A stretch of 64,000 nucleotides of DNA. Source: Okamejei kenojei. Taxonomy: Eukaryota. Both the position numbers and the translations under genes were made by a program. The stretch lies in assembly GCA_035221665.1 (NCBI GenBank), contig CM069162.1, positions 24,490,001 through 24,554,000 of the forward strand, given 5' to 3'. The notes beneath the pieces were generated by a model, which saw only the letters and a list, made by a program, of their open reading frames with translations, did no database searches and had not been told where the DNA came from. This document shows, piece by piece, positions 13,114-26,195 of the stretch (within the stretch, counting starts at the first letter, position 1; the number at the start of each line of letters is the position of its first letter).

Positions 13114-13595
13114 CAGGAGTCGGCAACCTTGTTCTGCATAGGGGCCAGGACCCATGTCTGTGAGCGGATGGCGGGTCACATCTATCGCCAAAGGGGGACA
13201 TTTGGTGTTGTTTTTCGCATTAGTTTTCACGTGTTTTTCAATTCGTTTTCTGCAGTTCCCAGGTCCCTCGCGTGCCCTGGGACTGGCTGCAATTCCCAGG
13301 TCGGCTCACCTGCCACGGGACTGGCTGTAGCGCCCAGGTCACCTGCGTGCCCCGGGATGAGGTGCAGTTCCCAGATCAGCTCGTATCCCCAGGACTAGCT
13401 GCAGTTCCCAGGTCGGCTCGTGTCCCCGGAACTGGCTGTAACGCCCAGGTCGCCTGTGTGCCCCGGGACTAGCTGCAGTTCTCGGATCAACTCGCGTCCC
13501 CTGGACTGTCTACAGGTCGAGAAAACTAATTGAAAAAAAAAATGCCGGATTGGCCGGATGATTTCGGGCTACGGGCCATAGGTTGCCGACTCCTG
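13114..13595. mobile_element. hAT-type MITE
   Basis: Perfect TIRs CAGGAGTCGGCAACCT / AGGTTGCCGACTCCTG and an 8-bp TSD TTCTAATG (13106-13113) / CTCCAATG (13596-13603). Confidence 0.88.
13250..13517. repeat. ~37-bp GC-rich minisatellite, about 7 copies, inside the MITE
   Basis: Consensus approx. CTGCAGTTCCCAGGTCGGCTCGTGTCCCCGGGACTGG, head-to-tail with no unique spacers. Confidence 0.88.
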
Positions 13596-15669
13596 CTCCA
13601 ATGGAAGCATCTACAAAGCACTGCCTCGAGGAGACAACATCTGTCACCAAGCATTTGCATCAACTGGCCCAAATTCTCACCTCTTGCGCTACTATGGACT
13701 TGATTTTTTTCCAGTTTTCTTTCCTTTCAAATTGTGTGTGTAGAATATGTATAATTTATATATAATTTGTCTATTTATGTATAATTCTCTTTTGTGTGCT
13801 TGTCCAAGTCTATGTGCCTGCAATTCTGCTGAAATCAAGCTTTTTCATTATACCTCTGCCTCACTGTACTCGTGCATATGAAAATAAACTGGAACTTGAA
13901 TATGGTGTTTTGCATCATGGTTTGCTTTGATAACTTCTGCAAAATTTTTGGGGACATTTTTGATAAATCAAAGGAGCGAAATGAATGGAAATTGTTGGCT
14001 TTCTCAATTCCCAATATTATAATCGGCATTTAACTTAGAGGCTGTGTAATCTGTTGTCTTTAGATAAATTGAAAGCTTTTTAAACAAATTTAAAATTCTG
14101 TTCAAAAGCAGTTGGTAATAAATGAGTCCCCAGTGATTATACCAACATCGGCAACAATCTCCTCAAGAATTCTAGTATTTTAGAATTACTGCTTACTTCA
14201 GATTTAGCTTTACTAACAAAACCCCAGTGGCATTCTGCACATTTGAGCATCAGTCCATTAATTTGCCATTGCATTCTAAAACATGTGTGTTCTCAAGTTT
14301 GCCAGTAATCAATTAATCAATTAAAATATAACCCATGATGTTAATGACATTACTATAAACTTGATCCCTCATTGGAATGCTTGTAACACATTATGAAGCT
14401 GCCCCATATTACCATGTATACAATATCAAAAAACCTGGTAAATATCATAATGTATAAGGGCATTGAAAAGTTCTCCCAATTGAATATAGAAACTATTTAT
14501 CTTCCCTTTATAACTTATTATCTTATTTCTGGGACATAGTCCCATTGATACAAGATCAAAAGGCCATTTTTCATGCCCAAGTCTAGATGATAAATATTAG
14601 CACTATCCAACTACAGTTAGCACAGTCAGCCCAAATTCATCTCCACCATTCTCCACATATGCTCATTAGCAAGATTCAATGCAAAAGAGCCAGAATCAGA
14701 AATAATTGCAGATTTCCCAGCCCCAAGGTCAGGGCTCAGAAACCGATTTCAGCACACCACGTTATACTAACAGCTGACATCAGCAAACTCAGTGAGGCTA
14801 TGAATTAAACCAGGGACCTCCAGCCCATATGGTTGAAGTATATGATGGTTTTACCACCTGTGCCATTAAGCGAAGTTTGATGTAGTAATTTAATCTCAGG
14901 GTTCAGATTACATTACAAACAATTATTGAATCCCTCCATTAAATTACCATCTTAAAATCCACTCCAAGATATCGATTACCATGTGCCGAATATTTCCTGG
15001 CAACATGATAAAATTGTTCCTACATTACAACACCGTGAAAAATATGCAAGTCTTAAGCATGACAAATGTGTACCTTTTCCTCTAAATTGCTGCACCTCTA
15101 TGTTCAGCATTTCCACTCTATCATGGTTAAAATGAGGGGAAAAAATCTTCACAGCAGACCATATATTATAAAGAACAATAAGTAGTTGTCAGCAAATTCA
15201 AAGCTCTCGTGGTTTATTATGTCACCAGAAGTCAAACTCGTCATCCATTACCCTATTCCTCTTACCCAAAGATTTCAACATCTTTGGAATTGCTTTAGTC
15301 TTGGTCATTTAAAATTACACCTCTTTCAAATTTATGTGATCACATTTTGGACGATAGTTTGTTATTTTCAGTAACTTTCTGCTACCAAATCAGCAGAATT
15401 TGCTTTCCCAAAAATACTGTATTTACTGACAACAATAATACGAGATGTCCAGAATTTAGATTAGCTTAATTATTTTATTTTAACATTTACACTCAAAAAC
15501 ATTTTGGAGAGTTTTCTGTTCATGACTGCAAAATACTATCCACTCAAAGATCCCAGTGTCAGCATAACTCGCTTCAGGTAAAGGATATCATAGGTCAGTG
15601 CGGGGTAAAACATTCAGTGCATTGACTTATCATGTACAACAGACTACACCAAGTTCCCTTTACTTGCGA

Positions 15670-15890
15670 CTTTAACGATCACCCCATGCATTAACACTAT
15701 CCACACAAGGGGCAATTTACAATTTTACCGAAGCCAATGAACCTACAAACCTGTGCGTCTTTGGAGTGTAGGAGGAAACCACAGCACGCTGAGAAAAGCC
15801 ACGCAGCCACAGGAAGAACATACAAACTCCATACAGTCAGGATCGATCCCGGTTCTCTGGCGCTGTAAGACAGCTCTACGTCACTGTGCT
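15670..15890 (-). mobile_element. tRNA-derived SINE (HE1-like)
   Basis: CATTAACACTATCC, ACCTACAAACCTG..GTCTTTGGAGTG and GGATCGATCCCGG (B box on the minus strand). Confidence 0.8.
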
Positions 15891-16196
15891 GCTACTTTGC
15901 ACATAATAACTGTGTGAAGTTTATATTTTCTATATCTGACTTTTTTTTCTGGGGAATATCACTGATGTAATGCAAAATTACAGCAGTCCTTCACTGCTTG
16001 TTCATACAAGTCAGAGTGTTGCACGAGTGTGCTCAGGTTTGCGTATATATAGGGGCCTTACATCTTAAAGACCAATTATTATTTTATACATACAGACCAA
16101 GCTAAAAGAAATGCGACTAGAAATATTTCATTATCAGCTGGTCTCACACAAATCTCTTCAAATTATTGCACACCACTCAACGGTTTTATGGAAAAT

Positions 16197-16870
16197 CTAG
16201 ACCAAGTTCAGACTCGTTGGGTTCGGATCCCCCAATGCAATATTTCACCACTCACCCTTAGCTCCCAACTGCGCAAGCGCAGCAGACGTTTTTAAAGTGT
16301 AAAAATGGCAATAACTAGGAAAATATAAGATCAATGTGAATGCATTTCACTCTCCCTCTTCAGTCCCCTATTCCCCTCTTCCATTATCTGCCCTCTGCCC
16401 ACCATCCTTTGCTTCCTCCTCTCATCCCCTCCCTTCCTCTCTTACCCCCTACCCTATTACCTCACCATCCCTCTTCCTACCCTTATCCTCCTCCATTCCC
16501 GCATCCCCCAACACTCCCTCCCTCTTCTTTCCCCTCTTCTCCTCCCCTCCTCACCCCCTCTCCTTTCCCCCTACCCACAGTCCCACCCTCCCTCCATAAC
16601 CCCTCTCCACTCCGTATCCCCTTCTCTCCTTCTACCCCCCTCCTCACGTCCCTATCCCACCCCCCACTCTCCTTCCTCACCTCCCCACTGCCCCCTCTCC
16701 CTCTATCCCCCACTCCCTACCTCCCCCACTCCCCTCCCTCCTCTCCCACCTCACCCCCACTTTCCCCTCCCTCTCCACCAATCCCCCGACTCTCTCTCGC
16801 CTCACCTCCCCAGGATCTCGCTGTAAACCACCGCCGGCCCAGATTTCTCCACGATGTCGGCAATGAAGTT
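16197..16870 (-). mobile_element. Non-autonomous Helitron 3' part with a long C-rich tract
   Basis: Terminal CTAG at 16197-16200 followed by ACCAAG and a degenerate hairpin (GACTCGTTGGGTTC). CCCCCAATGCAATATTTCACCACTCACC is shared with 56501-57106. Confidence 0.7.
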
Positions 16871-16877
16871 GTACTTA

Positions 16878-18100
16878 GACAATAGGTGCAGGAGTAGGCC
16901 ATTCAGCCCTTCGAGCCAGCACCACCATTCACTGCGATCATGGATAATCATCCACACTCAGTACCCTGTTCCTGCCTTATCACCATATCCCCTGACTCCG
17001 CTATCTTTAAGAGCTCTATCCAACACTCTTTTGAAAACATACAGAGAATTGGCCTCCACTGCCTTCTGAGGCAGATAATTCCACAGATTCACAACCCTCT
17101 GTGTGAAAAAGATTTTCCTCATCTCCATTCTAAATGGCTTACCCCTTATCCTTAAACTGCGGCCTCTGGTTCTGGACTACTCCAACATCAGAAACATGTT
17201 TCCTGTGTCTAGCGTGTCCAAACACCTTTATAATCTTATATGTTTCAATAAGATCCCCTCTCATCCTTCTAAATTCCAGAGTACACAAGCCCAGCCACTC
17301 CATTCTATCAACATATGACAGTCCCGCCATCCCGGGCATTAACCCGGTGAACCTATGCTGCACCCTCAATGTCCTTCCTCAAAGTTGGAGACCAAAACTG
17401 AACACAATACTCCAGGTGTGGTCTCATTAGGGCGCTGTACAACTGCAGAAGGACATCTTTGCTCCTATACTTAACTCCTCTTGTTTGTTATGAAGGCCAA
17501 CATGCCATTCGCTTTCTTCACTGCTTTCTGTACCTGCATGCTTACTTGCGGACACACGGACCGAGCGGCCTGGAGCCGGAGGAGGGGGAGACCGAGACTG
17601 CAGCCTAGTTCTTGCCCCGGATCACGTTCCTCTCCCTCCCTGCGGGCCTGGAGCAGCAGCGCCGCTGCCCCCAGACCTAGCCTCAGCGCCGCTTCTGAAT
17701 TCTCTTCCCATTTAAAAAATAGTCGACACCTTTATTCCTGCTACCAAAATGCATGACTCCACACTTTGCTACGTGATATTCCATTTGCCACTGCGCTAAC
17801 CACTCTCCCAACCTGTCCAAGTCCTTCTGCAGAGTCCCTGCTTTCTCTACACTACCTGCCCCTCCACCTATTTTCGTATCATGTGTAAACTTGGCCACAA
17901 GGCCTTCAATCCCCTCATCCAAATTATTAATATGCAACGTGAAGAGTAGCAGCCACCAGTCACTGGCAGCCAATCTGAAAAAGCCCCCTTTATTGCCACT
18001 CTTCTGCCATCCAGCCAAACTGCTAACCATGTAGTATCTGTCCTTTGATACCATGGGCTCTCATCTTCCATAACTGCCTCACGTGTAGCACCTGATTAAA
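16878..18100 (-). mobile_element. CR1 LINE fragment(s) with a GC-rich interruption at ~17548-17690
   Basis: Remnants [24 protein letters not shown] and INNLDEGIEGLVAKFTHDTKIGG; CR1 3' end at ~16880. Confidence 0.9.
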
Positions 18101-18679
18101 GCTGATCTTCCATCTATTGGACATTGATGCTCCAAGTATTTTTCTTTCAATCATATGTTCAATATCTCACTTAAGTTGAAGCAAATTTATAACATACAAA
18201 TTTAACAATACATTCCTTTATATATTTCCAGAACTTCGATTCAAATTGTACTCCCCAATCTGGTGTCATCTGTGAATATAGACATTTCCAACACATGAGT
18301 AATGTTTCCTCATATAAATGTACAATATACCCAATCAATAATCCTCAGAAAATTTGTTCAACCCCTACGAAATTTTGTTTTGAACTCAACTAGTCATAGA
18401 ATCACAAGCAATAGGCATTTGGTTCAATACCTACAGCCAGCGCTGTAGAGAAATCCAGTCATTCCATTCCTGTTTGCCATCTCTCAGCTTTGAGTGCTTA
18501 CATTTTCATGTAACTATTCAATTTCCTCTGAAATAAAATAAATTACACTATCCATTTCTACCTTCTCACTGGCATGTTTCAGGTCATCACCTTGAGCTAC
18601 ATGAACAGTTGCTCAACATATCTTTTACTCATAACTTAAATCTGTCTCCGATTCTTTGCACCATTATTTTCTATTTCCT

Positions 18680-18962
18680 AGGATAGGAGAGTCGAAAGGA
18701 CATGGAATTACAGTAACAGGGATTTTATCTGAAAGAGACCTGAAAAACAATGTTTTTTCTCCACACAAAAGATGGTGGTATATGGAATGAGCTGCCAGAG
18801 AAAGTGGTAGAGTGGGTATAATTGCAACATTTAAGTGTTTTGATGCATTCATGGATAGGAACAATTTAGAGATAGTTGGGCCAAAAGCAGGCAGATGGAA
18901 TTGGTTCAGGAAGGCGCCTTGTTTGCCATGGACATGTTGGGCCAAAGGGCTGGTTCTGTGGT
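18680..18962 (+). mobile_element. CR1 LINE 3' fragment
   Basis: TGGAATGAGCTGCCAGAG, IATFKCFDAFMDR and a 3' GGGCCAAAGGGCTGGTTCTGTG terminus. Confidence 0.75.
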
Positions 18963-20001
18963 GGTTGTTTCTGTGGTGCTTAACTCTGAGACTATGGCTA
19001 TCTAAACATTCCATCATCCTTTATGCTGCTATCCATTCAACCACCTTTGCTCTAAGGAGAACAACCCCAGTTTCTCCACCTTGTTGCTAAAGTTTCCCAA
19101 ATCTAAAACAATTTTGATAGCAAACCATATGGCCGTAAAAATGTGTTGCAATTTCTTTACCCAAAACAAAATTTCAAAATAAACAGTTCATGTTTCAGCT
19201 TTATTATAGGTGCAATACCAACAAGGTTTGGATACTAAAAATGGATTTAATATGTTTACAAACATATTAAATGTTGATACTTTATCCCAATTGGCTTTTG
19301 ATCACATCAGAGCCAAAACAGAAAGCAAAGCAAGCAATTCAACAGCCAATTTCTTGCCCAATCCCAATGGCATCTAATGTCCACACTGCTATCTAACCAT
19401 TCTTACCAATCAGGAATACGAATTTATGTTTGGTTTCCTTGTGCACCTTGCCAAATATTATCTATTCAAGAAATACTACTGGGAAAAAAAAGTGAAATGG
19501 CAGAGGTTTCTATTTTTCTTCTCAATACTATACATATTTCCCCCATGGAATTGTGCACATTGATTGAAAATAGACATTTCAAGTGCATCCAGTAAATTCT
19601 CAAACAGGTCAGGCAACACAGAGAGAGAAAACTAGAGTTAATATTTCAGGTCTTTGACCTTGTATTAAAACTGTTATCTCAGGTTTTTGTTCAGCAGAGA
19701 AAACATCAAGCCTACTAAATATTCTACCTCTAGTGATCACATGGTAGCGTCATTTGGCTCATAATATTTTATTGAAAGCAGAAGATTAATGCAGGTCCAC
19801 AATATCTTTTATAGCTTCGTAAAAAAATAACCAAAATTTTTTTTTGGTGGGGGGGGGGGAAAAGATGGTGAAAAAACAGTGAGCACATGAACGGACTTTC
19901 AACTTCTAATGCTTGTCTGTTTTCATGAAACCCAAACCAATTCGCTACCAGAGTAAAGGAAACCAGATATGTATTTTATTTATACGGATGTACAGAAAAG
20001 A

Positions 20002-20086
20002 AGAAGGATCTCCACCCAAAACATCACCCATTCCTTCTCTCCAGAGATGCTGCCTGACCCGCTGAGTTACTCCAGCATTTTGTGTA
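20002..20086 (+). mobile_element. Penelope-derived repeat, single arm
   Basis: CACCCATTCCTTCTCTCCAGAGATGCTGCCTGACCCGCTGAGTTACTCCAGC, flanked by TACAGAAAAGA (19991-20001, 20087-20097). Confidence 0.75.
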
Positions 20087-21584
20087 TACAGAAAAGATAC
20101 TGGATTTAGGTAATGAATTTCAAATCAGGTAACTTAAACTTCAGCCAAGATAAATCAATAATTGGAATGAACACCAAATAAATCTGTGAGACACACTGTT
20201 CTGGAAACCTCAATTTTGTAAATATTACATAAAAACCTTAATGTCTGACAAATTATGTTCATTGCATCAGATGCAAAGTATGCCTGCATGAACCATTGAT
20301 AAACTGTTCATCTGCTCCATACATGTAAGAACAGCACAACATGCTATTTGGCTCAACAGATCCATGCTGATGTTTATGTTCTACACAAGCTTCATCTAAT
20401 TTAGTAAGGAAATCCTCCAGTTCTGGAATTTCTCAAAAAGTTGAGATGAAAATTAATACAGAAAAGCAGATGATCTCTCAAAAAGTATATTAGGACCAGT
20501 TTGACCCGTTACAGTTCTAAATTAGTGGCTGCCCTTGTGTGAATTTAGCCAGAGAACACTGTATACAAGGCTAGAGAATCCCTAGCAAGTCTGGTCAAGC
20601 TTTCAGACAATGTAAAGGTCAATATCCAAAAAGGGATCACTGGCTTTCAGAAGACCGTACCACGGGTAATTTTCTCTCTATGCATTGTTAACAAGGCCAG
20701 GAATGTTGTCAATGACTTGGCGACAACCAACCATTTCAAAACTGAAGAATAATCAAATCTGGGTGTTTCCCTTGTCCTTACAGCATTGCTGCTGAGCTAT
20801 CAAAAATGAAGTATTACAATTGCTTAAACATTTTCATTACACCAAGAACCTGCAGATGTATCACAAATAGCAATATGAAACCTGCCATAACAGCAATTTT
20901 CCTTTATATATTTTACTATAAAAAGTCTCTTAAGTATCATTTATGAATAAAATAGGCAAACCAAATATGAAAATACTTGGAGAGGTGAAGTTAAACTATT
21001 TTCAGAGATAGTTTTGAGCATGAAAATCAAGTTTGTAAATCAGCAGGTTTGTAAATAAATCAGCTAATTGGTTAAAAAATAGGTCCATCATTCCTATGAC
21101 GTAAAATAATTAATCAGAACACATCTTTTTATACCACAAATGCATGCTAGCACATCTTGTGCAAGGAAAAGGATGAATTTGTGGAATTAACCATGTATAT
21201 TAATTAACCATCTTAAGCACTTTTTTAACCACAAAGAGGCAATAGACTAACAACAAAACAAGACAGAGTAGGCCATTGACGCATAAGTATCATATTTATA
21301 TAACAGTCATTCAAACTATCCACACATCTTGTGAATGTAGGAGGCAAGGCAACTCAAACACTAATAGGAAACGCACGAGCCATGGGGAGCATATGCAAAC
21401 ACGACAGACAGCACTTGAGATCAAGATTGAACCCAGGACCCAGAGTTGCAAGGCAGCAGCACTATCTGCTGCACCACTATACCATGATGTTTTCTACACT
21501 ACTCATTTCCTCGGCTGTTTGTAAAATATAAAGGGCAATATTAAAGGTCCATCATGAAGTGAGAGTTCAGGTGTGGCGAGACTT

Positions 21585-21792
21585 TTAACTTTAGAGATAC
21601 TGTGCAGAAACAGGCCCTTTGGCCCACTGAGTCTGTGCCAACCATCGATAACGCCATACACTAACCTACCTACACTTAGGAAAAAAATTACAATTTACCA
21701 AAGCCAATTAACCTACGTACATCTTTGCAGTGTGGGAGGAAACAGGAGCACCCAGAGAAAAAGCATGAGAAAACCATTGTGCCACCGTGCCG
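21585..21792 (-). mobile_element. HE1-like SINE, internally deleted, with a CR1-type tail
   Basis: TTTAGAGATAC...GAAACAGGCCCTTTGGCCCAC tail, AGCCAATTAACCTAC core and TGTGCCACCGTG head. An older copy lies at ~21240-21480. Confidence 0.7.
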
Positions 21793-22314
21793 CTCCAAGA
21801 GAATAGAGTAATTTTACATGAAGCATTAACCTGCCCTCCACACTGTTTGAAATGAACATTTTGTTATTAAACAGTAATGTTTCCTGACCAAAACAACCTT
21901 ATCCTTATCCAAGGCACAGTCCTTTATATGATCCAAGTGGAGAGGTCGGGGACATTTTTCCAAACATTCTTTGGAATTCAGTTCTGTTTTAAATCATTCT
22001 CCAAATCCCACTGACCAGTTGCCCGATGAGTATTGTTACTGTTGAGGGTAACATTGCACCAGGGAGACCAGAGATTCACACCTTTGACTGCTGATCCAAG
22101 ATCTAAGCCAGATGAACCCAGAGGGTTACAGTATGCACAAGAACAAAATAAATTGTAAAATATAGGATTCCCACTGTTAGTCAAAATACACTGACTCATG
22201 CTGGAAACAGACAAATTGAAGTATCGTTGCAAGCAGGATCAGGTTTGAATAAATAGTCTCAAGGATGAAGGTGACCATTTTCCCTTAAGAGAGAATGATC
22301 AAAACCAATGGAAT

Positions 22315-22650
22315 GTAGACAAAAATGCTGGAGAAACTCAGTGGGTGAGGCAGCATCTATGGAGCGAAGGAAATAGGCAACGTTTCGGATCAAGAGCCTT
22401 CTTCAGACTCATGTGGGGGTGGGTGGGAAGAAAGGAAGAGGCGGAGACACTAGGCTGTGGGAGTGCTGGGAATGGGAGGGGAAGGAGGGAGAAAGTAAGG
22501 ACTACCAGAAATTGGCAAACTACCCAAGCGGAATATGTGCTGCTCCTCCAATTTACTCACTCTGGCCATGGAGGAGGCCCAGGACAGAAAGGTCGGATTT
22601 GGAATAGGAGGGGGGAGTTGAAGTGCTGAGGCACCGGGAGATCAGGTTGA
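22315..22650 (-). mobile_element. Penelope-like element 3' fragment: GIY-YIG endonuclease C-terminus joined to the terminal-repeat arm
   Basis: Minus strand reads, with frameshifts, PDLPVPQHFNSP/SYSKSDLSVLGLLHGQSE/KLEEQHI. It is followed by the same arm found in the fold-back repeats, including CTGAAGAAGGCTCTTGATCCGAAACGTT. Confidence 0.8.
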
Positions 22651-25436
22651 TATCATGTTGTTATCACACCAGTTTGGAGTGCAAAGAATAGAGAAAATTT
22701 GAAGTTTTAAAAATAAAATGTTATTTGAAACAAAGGGAAAATAATGACCCTACTTTCTGTTACTAAAGCCCAAAAATCAGATATCATCCAACCTGAAGTA
22801 CAATTAAACAGTGGCTGAAAATACATTGCATTGTTTCTTCCAAGAATGTCCCTTCAGGCAAAGGCAATTTGTTTCCACTCCAATTATGGGGTTCTGCGAA
22901 AGCCGCTACTGACAAAGGTGGCAGACAAAAGGTCCAACATATATTCTCAGAACCAGAATTAGTGAAAGAAAACAGATGCATGTGAAAGTAAACAGAACGG
23001 CTGCATTGCTACATCATCTTTCATGACATCAGGTAATTCTAAAATACTTTGAAAATAATTAAGTACATTTGAAGCGTAGTCACTTACTTTGTCGTAAACA
23101 CAACAGGCAATTTCTACACAACCATTTTCGACAGACATCATTACGGTAATAACCAGATAATCTCCTAATACTGGGTAAGCATAGGATCAAGATTGACTAA
23201 TAATACCAAAGCCTCTCTGTACTTGCCATATTAGTTAAAATAAAGAACAGCCGCTGGAGAAAATATCAAATTTACCCTAATGCTCCAAAGACCAAAGCCC
23301 TACATGAGCTGGTAGCACTGGAAACCAAACACAAAAGTACTAAGATTTTCCAGCTGACTTCATCAGCCACCATTGTTCTTAATTAATTACTTTTTTTTCC
23401 CCCCTGATTTTTTTAATTTCCAATTCCGATGTCCCCTGAACTGTTAGTGCATGTCTGATTTCTACTGTTTGGCGAAGATTCTAATGTGTGGTTTCACCAG
23501 GGACCAGTTTTTTATTTCCAATCTGAAATCTCTACTGAGAGTAATCTCCACCAATATTTTACACAAGATTTAAAACTGTTTCACCAAACTGTATCTACAA
23601 AGACATCAATCGCAATGTTTTAAAAAAATATTTGTCTACTGAAGGGTCATTTCTCTTGTAATAATAAATCATTAAATCATAAATCCTAAATCATTAAATC
23701 CAACTGTTCTCTTTATGTTTGCTGATTTTGTTAAGTGAAAATTAGGACAGCGGGTCCTAGAAATCAAAAATTTCCGCTTTATACAGAAGGTGATCTCACA
23801 CAAAAATTGTAAAACCACTGATTGTCGTGAAGATGCTCGACTGGGCTTGCTAATTCATTTAATTCCAAGTAAAATGCACTAATCATTTCACAATTCTCAC
23901 TTCACACAAATATGGATTTCTCCTCCATTTATGAAACTAAAATGTTGCTGTATTCAATTCCGCATCGGATGATCTAAAGAAATGTTTATGAACATAAATT
24001 CTTAAACTTAAGACGCAGTCTTATAAATGAATTAGCAGTTGCAACACCTCTACCAACAAACATTTATGTTACGTCAAAAATAAAAAATCTTCACAGCCAC
24101 TTTTTTTTAAGCTTTGTTAAATGATATTCTATTGATTTTGTTTAGCACCTGTAAATCGCTTTAATCTTTTCAGTGACGCAAGAGTTCAAAATTTAAAATA
24201 ACCCTGACAAATTTTATTTGTTGACCTTGAACCCTCTTTTTTTTTACTGTGTTGAGACAATTTTCTCACCTGGTCCCTGGTGAAACTCAACTTTAGAATC
24301 TTAGCCGAACAGTGGAAATCGTACATGCACTAACAGTTCTGGGGACATGGTGCAACCACCCATTGTACAATCTCAGCTGTGTACCGCAGAGGCACACACA
24401 CAGTAGCTTAGGAAATGCTACCATACCACAATATTCATACAAACAGCTGGTGAAAGTTTCCACCTTTCCCCCTACAGTCTCATTTCTAGTCCTTTGCTAT
24501 TATTGTTTTCAATTACGATTTGAAAATGCATGAAAGCAACAGATAACTCAGAAGATTTCATCTAGGTGCTTCTTAATCGGTTTGGTTTCTACCTTGTACA
24601 ACAAATAAAAGTAAATTGAGAGTAGGCAAGTAGCAAGTACAACTTCCTTTGACAATTGCAGATGTTCCTAAAGATCTCCAATTCTGTGGCCTTTTCTTGC
24701 CTCACATTGGGATTGGTTTAGGACAAAATGATGGAGATTAATTGCTGTCATCACCACCATCTCCATTTCTGTGACTTGGATCCAGGATTATATAATGCCA
24801 GGTATATTCTTTCCCCATGATTCTATTGAAAAAAACATATTTAACTTAAGTAAACATAATGGAATACCAATCACTGAATCCAACTTCATGTCAAAAAAGT
24901 ATTACAAAGGGTAAGGACGACCTAGAGTTCAGAATGAGAGATGATCTCCATAATTAACACAACATTGTACACTGCAATGATATATTGGAATCATTGTTCA
25001 TTTTAACTCCATGTGGATAATGAAAATAGCAGAAAACCATTCCCAAAATGTGATATAGTAATTAGCTCCAAGAAGTCAGTTAATTATTACAAATAACAAG
25101 AGAAACATTCGGTGATATAATAAAGCACGGTTTCAAAATTTAAGTTTCGAAAGTTTTGTCTCAAGGTAGATAAGTAATAGTTTCATATTTTTCATACAAT
25201 AATGAATAAGGCCTCAAAGCCATAGACACTGGTTATCCTATATAATCTATTGAACTACAATGCCCTCCATAATATTTGGGACAAAGACCCATCATTTATT
25301 TATTTGCCTCTGCACTCCACAATTTGGGATTTGTAATAGGAAAAAAATCATATGTGGTTAAAGTGCACATTTTCAGATTTAAAGGCCATTTTTATACATT
25401 TTGGTTTCACCATGTAGAAATTAAAGCGGTGTTTAT

Positions 25437-26097
25437 CTGAGTGGATGAAGAAATACACATAACAAATCATGAATGTATCTCCAAGATTGGATTACTTAGT
25501 AATACTTTAATCTCCATCAAACTTTTCATACTTTCTTTTCTATTTTCTATTCCTTTTTTCTATCTCTCTATCTTTAATTAAGGAAAAAATTATAGAAACA
25601 TACTATATAAATTTTTAATATGTACACACTTATCTCTGTTTGTATGAAAAAGATTATAGATGTCTTAAACTTGTAATTATATAAAACTATGTACTTTCAA
25701 TTATACAATAACTATGAAATATAAAATTAACAATAATACAAACATTATTAATATTTTTGATAACATTATGAATATTAAAAAAAAATGTTGTTTAAGATTG
25801 GGTACTACGTAGTTAAATTAGCGGGGATTTCTATTTGGTAATTAGAAGAATATCTATGATTTGAAAAATCTAAGTGTATTACTTATATTAGGAATATACT
25901 ACATATACTCCCAATTATATAAAATAAATAATAACGGAATGTATAATGGATAATACTACAATTATCATAAATAGTACTAATTAATAATCAATACGTTATA
26001 ATTTTACACATTGTATAAATCTCAATGTCGTATAAGAGTGTACTTGGTATATACTGTTTCTACAATAAAAAAATATTTAAAAAAAAAAAAAAAAAAA
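25437..26097 (+). mobile_element. AT-rich polyadenylated retrotransposed insertion within the Tc1 TIR
   Basis: Perfect 21-bp TSD AGAAATTAAAGCGGTGTTTAT (25416-25436, 26098-26118), AATAAA at 26064-26069 and a ~20-nt A tail from 26079. Confidence 0.9.
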
Positions 26098-26195
26098 AGA
26101 AATTAAAGCGGTGTTTATACATAGTCCCCCCCTATTTCAGGGCACCATAATGTTTGGGGCACAGCAATGTCATGGAAATGAAAGTAGTCATATTC

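Larger units (their letters stand above)
13040..13900 (+). mobile_element. Degraded Rex1/Babar-like LINE 3' fragment, split by a hAT MITE
   Basis: KKLQRVMDSAWSITHTA remnant and a 3' end AATAAACTGGAACTTGAA, similar to 33150-33535. Confidence 0.55.

Noticed and set aside
13250-13517. CRISPR-like array (37-bp units)
   Set aside because: Units are contiguous with no unique spacers, sit inside a MITE in vertebrate DNA, and no cas genes are present.
16336-16902. Pro/Gly-rich ORFs here and at 9821-10135 and 35715-36336
   Set aside because: They are translations of low-complexity C/G tracts or N gaps inside Helitron-like repeats.
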